Below are positions 57,809 through 64,000 of a stretch of DNA of 64,000 nt, in pieces (position 1 is the first letter of the stretch; each line of letters begins with the position of its first letter). The stretch spans positions 376 to 64,375 of the forward strand of contig JAJECE010000068.1 of assembly GCA_022822185.1 (NCBI GenBank). The letters are read 5' to 3'. The DNA is from Rhodothermales bacterium. Lineage in GTDB: Bacteria; Bacteroidota; Rhodothermia; Rhodothermales; Bin80. The notes beneath the pieces were generated by a model. The model was not told the DNA's origin. It did no database searches and worked only from the letters and a program-made list of their open reading frames with translations. Position numbers and translations under genes: made by a program.

Positions 57809-60643
57809 CTAACGCGACAGATAAAGATTTCTCATTTCGTAGGGACGTTTGAAATGCTTATCGGTAAGTGCATCTACAAAAGCGATGGTTTCACCGGTGG
57901 ACTTCATTTCCGGCCCTAGTTCTTTGCGTACCTCGGGGAACTTGGACCAGGAAAATACAGGTTCTTTGATTGCATACCCCTTTAATTTGGAATCCAGCAG
58001 TCCCTGACTCCGAAACTCTTCCAGCCTAGTTCCCAGAATTACCTTACTGGCAATCCGGGCAACCGGGATCCCGGGTGCCTTTGCGACAAACGGGACTGTG
58101 CGAGATGCACGGGGGTTTGCCTCAATTACGTACACGGACTCATCCTGCACGACCATCTGCACATTCATTAACCCTAGGACTTCCAGGCGATTTGCAATTG
58201 TGATCGTGTACTTCCTGATCTCTTCGAGAACGGACGCACTCAGAGAATGAGGCGGCAAGACCGCCGTTGAGTCGCCTGAATGCACTCCAGCGGGCTCAAT
58301 GTGCTGCATGATACCTGTAATCCACACATCCCCATCCGCATCCCGTACAGCATCCACATCAATTTCAATCCCGTTATTCAGGAACAGATCAAGTAAAATT
58401 TCATTGTCAGGCAGCAATTTATAGATGTCGGTAACGTACCGCTCCACCTCTTCCTTGTTAATGGCAATCCGCATCCCCTGTCCACCTAAGACATAACTGG
58501 GGCGAACCAAAATGGGATATCCGATAGATTCGGCAACACGCACCGCTTCATACACGGTCCGCGCCATTCCATATGGAGGAAATGGAATGTTCAGTTCCTT
58601 CAGGATGTCGGAAAACTTACCCCGATTTTCTGCCAGATCCATTCGGTCATAGGGCGTACCGAAGATTTTAATTCCACGCTCCGACAGTTTCCCCGCAAGT
58701 TTTAATGCAGTCTGTCCTCCAAGCTGTACGATGACCCCTTCCGGCTTCTCATGCTCAATGATATCCAGAACCCGCTCCCAGAATACCGGCTCAAAATAGA
58801 GTTTATCTGCAATATCGAAGTCAGTGGATACGGTTTCCGGGTTGCAGTTCACCATAATTGCCTCATATCCCATTTCCTGTACTGCCTGTACACCGTGCAC
58901 GCAGGAATAGTCAAATTCAATTCCCTGCCCAATCCGGTTCGGCCCGCTGCCAAGTATGACCACCTTCTTTTGATTTGAAACGGTACTCTCACTTTCGGTT
59001 TCGTAGGAGGAGTAGAAGTAGGGCGTAACGGCCGGAAATTCTCCGGCACAGGTATCCACAAGGAGGAATTGAGATTTGATTTCAAAGGATAACCGGTGCG
59101 CCCGCACTTCTTCTTCGGTGACTTCATCCGTCACCAGCCAGGCGATCTGCACGTCGGAATAGCCATGCCGCTTCAGGTTCAAAAGTTTGTCTTCGGCAAG
59201 GTCCTGCAGGCGCAGTTGACGCGTTTCCTTTTCCAGATCCACGAGCATTTTGATCTGCTGCAGAAACCAGAAATCCACCCGTGTGATATCGTACACTTCA
59301 TCCATGGATGCACCGTGGATGAATGCGTTTCGGATTTGCAGAGTTCGATCCCAGTAGGATTTTCGCAGGCGCTCACGTACATGGGGGCGTTTCGGATTCT
59401 CTCTGTCCGCCCCTAACCCTGCGTAGCCGATTTCCAGACTTTGCCAGGCTTTTTGAAGGCTTTCTGTGAAGGTTCTCCCAATGGACATCACCTCTCCGAC
59501 CGCTTTCATCTGTGTGGTCAACTCCTCGTCCACTCCCTCAAATTTTTCAAAATTCCACCGGGGAATTTTAGTAATCACATAATCAATTGCGGGTTCAAAG
59601 CAGGCACTGGTTGTCTGGGTCACATCATTCTTGAGTTCATCCAGCGTATAGCCCACTGCGAGTCGTGCCGCCACTTTTGCAATGGGGTACCCGGTTGCTT
59701 TTGATGCCAGCGCGGAGGACCGGGAGACACGTGGATTAATCTCGATGGCAATCATGCGTCCATCCACCGGATTAATCCCGAACTGCACATTGCACCCTCC
59801 CGCAAAGGTTCCGATGGATCTCATCATCTGGATTGCGGTATCCCGCATATGCTGGAACTGCTTATCGGTCAGGGTCTGTGCGGGGGCAACCGTGACGGAA
59901 TCCCCTGTATGGACCCCCATCGGATCTACATTCTCAATTGTGCAGATGATGATCACGTTATCATTCTGATCCCGCAGCAATTCCAGTTCAAATTCCTTCC
60001 AGCCATACACCGACTCCTCTACGAGCACCTCATGGACTGGCGAGAGTTCCAGCCCCCGCATAATTTTTCGTTCCAGTTCTTTTGGGCTCCATATGATCCC
60101 GCCCCCTGCACCACCAAGCGTGAACGACGGCCGAATCACCACGGGCAGCCCGCCTAGGGACTGGATTACTTCCTTGGCTTCAAGCAGGCTCTTGGCCACC
60201 CGGCTTCTTGCCTGATCCACGCCGATCTTCTCCATCAAATCACGGAACAACTGACGATCTTCAGTAATATGGATTGCATCAATGTCCACCCCGATCACTT
60301 TTACGTCCTGTTCCTCCCAGTATCCCTGCCGCTGCAATTCATCGGCCAGATTCAATCCGGTTTGCCCTCCCATGGTCGGCAGTACAGCATCTGGGCGCTC
60401 CTTTTCTACAATACGGCGGATCGACTCTGCCGTTAGCTCGTCCATATAGATCCGGTCTGCGGTAATCGGATCGGTCATGATGGTCGCCGGATTGGAATTA
60501 ATGAGCACAACTTCATATCCTTCTTTACGAAGTGCTCTGCATGCCTGGGTTCCCGAGTAATCAAACTCACAGGCCTGGCCGATCACAATCGGGCCGGATC
60601 CAATCAACAGGATTTTCTTTATATCTGTGCGGCGGGGCATCAA
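57809..60643 (-). CDS. carB: carbamoyl-phosphate synthase large subunit (short form, 944 aa)
   Basis: Two ATP-grasp halves ([23 protein letters not shown] and [21 protein letters not shown]). The ORF ends about 25 aa after GPEMKSTGE. Confidence 0.95.
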   Translation of the reverse strand: MMPRRTDIKKILLIGSGPIVIGQACEFDYSGTQACRALRKEGYEVVLINSNPATIMTDPITADRIYMDELTAESIRRIVEKERPDAVLPTMGGQTGLNLADELQRQGYWEEQDVKVIGVDIDAIHITEDRQLFRDLMEKIGVDQARSRVAKSLLEAKEVIQSLGGLPVVIRPSFTLGGAGGGIIWSPKELERKIMRGLELSPVHEVLVEESVYGWKEFELELLRDQNDNVIIICTIENVDPMGVHTGDSVTVAPAQTLTDKQFQHMRDTAIQMMRSIGTFAGGCNVQFGINPVDGRMIAIEINPRVSRSSALASKATGYPIAKVAARLAVGYTLDELKNDVTQTTSACFEPAIDYVITKIPRWNFEKFEGVDEELTTQMKAVGEVMSIGRTFTESLQKAWQSLEIGYAGLGADRENPKRPHVRERLRKSYWDRTLQIRNAFIHGASMDEVYDITRVDFWFLQQIKMLVDLEKETRQLRLQDLAEDKLLNLKRHGYSDVQIAWLVTDEVTEEEVRAHRLSFEIKSQFLLVDTCAGEFPAVTPYFYSSYETESESTVSNQKKVVILGSGPNRIGQGIEFDYSCVHGVQAVQEMGYEAIMVNCNPETVSTDFDIADKLYFEPVFWERVLDIIEHEKPEGVIVQLGGQTALKLAGKLSERGIKIFGTPYDRMDLAENRGKFSDILKELNIPFPPYGMARTVYEAVRVAESIGYPILVRPSYVLGGQGMRIAINKEEVERYVTDIYKLLPDNEILLDLFLNNGIEIDVDAVRDADGDVWITGIMQHIEPAGVHSGDSTAVLPPHSLSASVLEEIRKYTITIANRLEVLGLMNVQMVVQDESVYVIEANPRASRTVPFVAKAPGIPVARIASKVILGTRLEEFRSQGLLDSKLKGYAIKEPVFSWSKFPEVRKELGPEMKSTGETIAFVDALTDKHFKRPYEMRNLYLSR

Positions 60644-61735
60644 TCAGGATTTAGTTTTTGAACACATGTGCAGGTACTCCTTAAACAGGTAACGACTATC
60701 GTGCGGTCCCGGAGATGCTTCGGGATGATATTGAATACTGAACCCTTCAAATTTCTTAAATCGCAGTCCCTCAACGGTTTGATCATTCAGATTCAGATGG
60801 GAGACCTCGGCCAGTTCTGTGGACACCGACTCGGGATCAACCGAAAATCCGTGGTTCTGCGTGGTGACTTCAACATGCCCGGTCGAGAGATTTTTGACCG
60901 GCTGATTGGCTCCGCGATGACCAACATACATTTTGAACACCTCAATCCCCTGCGCCAACGCCATGAGTTGGTGACCGAGACAGATTCCAAAAAGAGGTAG
61001 TCCTATGGTCATTGCCTCTCGCACATAATCCACTGTCTCCGGCATGGCACGCGGGTCTCCAGGACCATTTGAAAAGAACAATCCATCTGGAGACCAAGAC
61101 AAAACATCTTTCAGGGGGGTTGCGCCGGGGAAAACCCTCACCTGACATCCCAGTGCTGCAAAGGTCCGCAGAATATTCGTTTTCACCCCAAAGTCATAGA
61201 CCGCAATACGCTGCTGCCCCGAATCGGAGAATGCATAGGACTTGTCACATGTCACTCTGGATGCCAGTTCTAACCCTTCCATACTGGGCCATGCCTGTGC
61301 TTTTTCTATTAGAGAATCATCATCTAGGTCTGTGGATGAGATCACGGCATTCATGACACCTCGTTTTCGAATGTGCAGGACCAGCCTTCGCGTATCTATG
61401 CCGGTGATCCCAACCAGACCGTGCCGGTCCATGTAGTTATGCAGCGATTCCTGTGCCAGCAGGTTGGAGTATTCCTGGGAGAATGCCCGGACCACCAGGG
61501 CGGAGACCATTGGTTTCGCGGCTTCGGTATCTTCGTCATGGGCACCGTAGTTCCCGATATGGGGATAGGTCATCATCATGATCTGCCCGTGATATGATGG
61601 ATCCGTGAGGATCTCCTGATACCCTGTCATGCTTGTATTGAAGCAGAGTTCGCCGCCACTTTCCCCACTGGCACCGATCGCGATTCCATTGACTACTGTA
61701 CCGTCCGCTAATGCAAGCTTTGAAGGTAGACTCAT
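60644..61735 (-). CDS. carA: carbamoyl-phosphate synthase small (glutaminase) subunit
   Basis: GICLGHQL nucleophile elbow, VTTQNHGF and QYHPEASPGPHD motifs. Confidence 0.95.
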   Translation of the reverse strand: MSLPSKLALADGTVVNGIAIGASGESGGELCFNTSMTGYQEILTDPSYHGQIMMMTYPHIGNYGAHDEDTEAAKPMVSALVVRAFSQEYSNLLAQESLHNYMDRHGLVGITGIDTRRLVLHIRKRGVMNAVISSTDLDDDSLIEKAQAWPSMEGLELASRVTCDKSYAFSDSGQQRIAVYDFGVKTNILRTFAALGCQVRVFPGATPLKDVLSWSPDGLFFSNGPGDPRAMPETVDYVREAMTIGLPLFGICLGHQLMALAQGIEVFKMYVGHRGANQPVKNLSTGHVEVTTQNHGFSVDPESVSTELAEVSHLNLNDQTVEGLRFKKFEGFSIQYHPEASPGPHDSRYLFKEYLHMCSKTKS

Positions 61736-61758
61736 ATTACCATAATAGTTTTTCGCCC

Positions 61759-61788
61759 ATAAAAAAGCCCTCTCGTTACCGAGAAGGC
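61759..61788 (-). terminator. intrinsic terminator / attenuator hairpin 23 nt upstream of the carA start codon
   Basis: The minus strand reads GCCUUCUCG-GUAA-CGAGAGGGC followed by UUUUUUAU. That is a 9-bp stem (one G-U pair), a GNRA-type tetraloop and a U tract. Confidence 0.6.
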
Positions 61789-62287
61789 ACTCCCTTTCCC
61801 AATAGACTCAATCCTATCAAGATAAGGGGGATCCGGTAGACATTCCTAATCCACCTTGTACGCACGAGGTTCTATGCGGTGCCGTCCCTCGGACTCACCG
61901 CATCGAATTTTGATGCCTGCGGCAACGATCCCTGACATTCGCCTCTTTGATGAAGTGCACCGACTCCGGGAAAGCGACTGAATTTGCCAATATATGTATT
62001 CCTGAGGGACTACCCGTCTGCCAAAACAGAATGGACAGCGGATTCGATCCGGACCGCTCCTGACACCGGTTCTCGCAGCATCCTACGAATTCGGACAATC
62101 AGGAGGCATTCTACGTACAGTGTGTGCATACAATCCAGCAGGTCCACAGCAACACGCTGTTGCGGGCAGTTATCTGCGACTATTTTGGGGATGTTAAGTA
62201 GATTACGATGGGAACACACAGGCCAGAGTCAGGAATATCTTAGTCCCTCTTTCTGGTAAAAGGTCTCCCCATGATGCACAAGAAGGA

Positions 62288-62464
62288 ATGTCTCATCATG
62301 GAGAGCCGGGACAATTTTATCAAGGCGCAACGGGGTTCGTGTCTCCCTGTACAACGCCGCGGAGCGGCCTTACAGGAATGTTCAATCACTCTGGATTGGC
62401 ATTCTCCGTAATCGAACTGAAGCACCTAACGGAGGATGATGATTTGAAAAATCAGGCGCAGTGA
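62288..62464 (+). CDS. candidate 58-codon sORF in the conserved segment, convergent with the coiled-coil gene
   Basis: MSHHGEPGQFYQGATGFVSPCTTPRSGLTGMFNHSGLAFSVIELKHLTEDDDLKNQAQ. Across codons 15-58 the two copies differ only by three synonymous third-position changes. Could instead be non-coding. Confidence 0.3.
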   Translation: MSHHGEPGQFYQGATGFVSPCTTPRSGLTGMFNHSGLAFSVIELKHLTEDDDLKNQAQ

Positions 62465-62561
62465 AGATTACTGTGATCGAGGACCCGGCCACTTAAAATG
62501 GTGGGCAACAAATCCTGACCGGGCAGCCTTGATACTACGAAAATACTTGCTCCACAAAGTA

Positions 62562-63110
62562 TTAACCAAGCCCTGATAGCAGGCTAGGCAGGACATCACC
62601 GAATACCTCAAAGATACCCAAAACTATAGCGATTCCCACTAACCAGCGTACGATCCGAGCCTCGCTAGCACTGATCTTCGCATCCACAGCACTGATTTCC
62701 ACACGAACTGAAGCTATTTGGGTCTCCATATCACTGCGTAACTCGCTGACTTCCACACGCAACTCGCTGATCTCCACATGAACTGAAGCTATTTGGGTCT
62801 CCATATCACTGCGTAACTCGCTGATTTCCACACGAACTGAAGCTGTTTGGCTGTCGATATGATTACGCAACTCGCTGATTTCCACACGCAACTCGCCGAT
62901 TTCCATACGTAAAGTATCAATCTTACCATCCGTGCCTTTTTGCATCTCACTAACATGGGTATGCACAAACTCCTTAGTTGCAAGATTTCCGTTTTGCTGG
63001 ACAATAGCTTTCGCAACGACATCTGCGATGGCCTCAGCATACTCTCGTTTAAGCCCCGACTTGGTGAGTTCGCGTGAGATCGAAAGTGTATTGATCATGT
63101 TTTTCCTCAA
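62562..63110 (-). CDS. DUF1640-like tail-anchored coiled-coil repeat protein (182 aa)
   Basis: The N-terminal block LTKSGLKREYAEAIADVVAKAI resembles the DUF1640 N-terminus. VEISELR heptads occur with or without an 11-aa extension. C-terminal TM segment (IVRWLVGIAIVLGIFEVF). The start may be the ATG at 63098. Confidence 0.6.
   Translation of the reverse strand: MRKNMINTLSISRELTKSGLKREYAEAIADVVAKAIVQQNGNLATKEFVHTHVSEMQKGTDGKIDTLRMEIGELRVEISELRNHIDSQTASVRVEISELRSDMETQIASVHVEISELRVEVSELRSDMETQIASVRVEISAVDAKISASEARIVRWLVGIAIVLGIFEVFGDVLPSLLSGLG
62691..62910 (-). repeat. in-frame intragenic tandem repeats (21-nt VEISELR core, with or without a 33-nt extension, giving 54-nt modules)
   Basis: ttccacacgaactgaagctatttgggtctccatatcactgcgtaactcgctga recurs with small variations. 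Confidence 0.85.
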
Positions 63111-63417
63111 ATCGCATAAACGGTGCTACATTCCTCTGAATGGAAAGGTTCCCATTTCATCCAGAACTACAGAGAACGATACCAATTTCTCTTTTATCGT
63201 GACTTCACCGACCCCCTTTTCAGGCGAGAACCTTCAATCAGAAAATACGATCAGAATGTCGTGCTTAAGAGGGCATTCCTTCCTTGAAGAGCACCGCATC
63301 CATCATCTGCCTTCTCAGTTGACGCTAGACATGCGAAACCGACTTGCCCTAGGCAAAAGCCTTTCTTCTATACTCCATCTTTCGGGTAACCTGTCTCCCC
63401 AGGATGCACAAGCAGGG

Positions 63418-63594
63418 ATGCATCATCATGGAGAGCCGGGAGAATTTTATCAAGATGAAACGGGGTTCGTATCTCCCTGCACAACGCCGCGGAGCGGCCT
63501 TACAGGAATGTTCAATCACTCTGGATTGGCATTCTCCGTAATCGAACTGAAGCACCTGACGGAGGATGATGATTTGAAAAATCAGGCGCAGTGA
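63418..63594 (+). CDS. second copy of the candidate 58-codon sORF
   Basis: MHHHGEPGEFYQDETGFVSPCTTPRSGLTGMFNHSGLAFSVIELKHLTEDDDLKNQAQ. Same frame and length as 62288-62464. Confidence 0.3.
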   Translation: MHHHGEPGEFYQDETGFVSPCTTPRSGLTGMFNHSGLAFSVIELKHLTEDDDLKNQAQ

Positions 63595-63691
63595 AGATTA
63601 CTGTGATGGAGGACCCGGCCACTTAAAATGGTGGGCAACAAATCCTGACCGGGCAGCCTTGATACTACGAAAATCCTTGCTCCACAGAGTA

Positions 63692-64000
63692 TTAACCAAG
63701 CCCTGATAGCAGGCTAGGCAGGACATCACCGAATATCTCAAAGATACCCAAAACTATAGCGATTCCCACTAACCAGCGTACGATCCGAGCCTCGCTAGCA
63801 CTGATATTCGCATCCACAGCACTGATTTTCGCATCCAAAGCACTCATTTCCACACGAACTGAAGCTATTTGGGTATCGATATGATTACGCAACTCGCTGA
63901 TTCCTACACGAACTGAAGCTATTTGGGTCTCCATATCACTGCGTAACTCACTGATTTCCACACGAACTGAAGCTGTTTGGCTGTCGATATGATTACGCAA
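63692..64000 (-). CDS. DUF1640-like tail-anchored coiled-coil repeat protein, paralog (5' part lies outside the window)
   Basis: The C-terminal 60 aa are nearly identical to the 62562-63110 product. The repeat modules are arranged differently. Confidence 0.6.
   Translation of the reverse strand: MRNHIDSQTASVRVEISELRSDMETQIASVRVGISELRNHIDTQIASVRVEMSALDAKISAVDANISASEARIVRWLVGIAIVLGIFEIFGDVLPSLLSGLG

Larger units (their letters stand above)
62244..63373. repeat. unit 1 of a tandem duplication with a 1130-bp period
   Basis: 62262-62700 aligns with 63392-63830, and 62821-62870 aligns with 63951-64000, both at a constant offset of 1130 nt. Confidence 0.85.
63374..64000. repeat. unit 2 of the tandem duplication (truncated by the window edge)
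   Basis: See unit 1. Identity is about 95-98% in the collinear parts. Confidence 0.85.

Noticed and set aside
62300-62336. GAGCCGGG...CGGGGTTC, resembling group II intron domain V (GAGCCG...CGGUUC)
   Set aside because: Only the outer 5 bp can pair. There is no inner helix or GNRA loop, no GUGYG 5' end, and no reverse transcriptase ORF nearby.
62691-62910. Regular short direct repeats that could suggest a CRISPR array
   Set aside because: The repeats are contiguous without spacers. They are in frame (21/33/54 nt) within an ORF that ends in a TM segment, and they encode coiled-coil heptads and hendecads. No cas genes are present.

Overview
This 64-kb window looks like chromosomal DNA from an FCB-group bacterium (Bacteroidota/Rhodothermota/Balneolota-like). 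That call rests on the T9SS translocon gene sprA, a batA-E aerotolerance operon, and DUF5683, DUF2480 and DUF5989 genes. Most of the window is densely packed housekeeping genes: rpiA, parAB, purQ, dnaX-ybaB-recR, lipB, rsfS, mltG, nifS-like, tRNA-Glu, clpP-tig, ogt, ruvC, yebC and carAB. I saw no rRNA genes and no CRISPR array.

Accessory or unusual content:
- A hipBA toxin-antitoxin module.
- A translationally coupled pair of a serine-palmitoyltransferase-like gene and a GNAT-like gene.
- An IS element of about 2.1 kb with 18-bp terminal inverted repeats. It sits in the 3' end of a P-loop ATPase gene that also has two homopolymer frameshifts.
- A gene-poor stretch of about 1 kb at 44.1-45.1 kb.
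- A dispersed family of small membrane-anchored coiled-coil proteins built from in-frame 21-, 33- and 54-nt DNA repeats. Each gene lies in a non-coding islet.

The best candidate for something undescribed is at the right edge (62.2-64.0 kb). It is a tandem duplication with a 1130-bp period. Each unit carries a DUF1640-like tail-anchored coiled-coil gene with a reshuffled repeat core. Each unit also carries a conserved convergent segment of about 300 nt, which is either a 58-codon sORF or a structured RNA. The evidence for a function there is modest and comes only from reading the sequence by eye. All product calls rest on motifs I recognise; no database search was possible.
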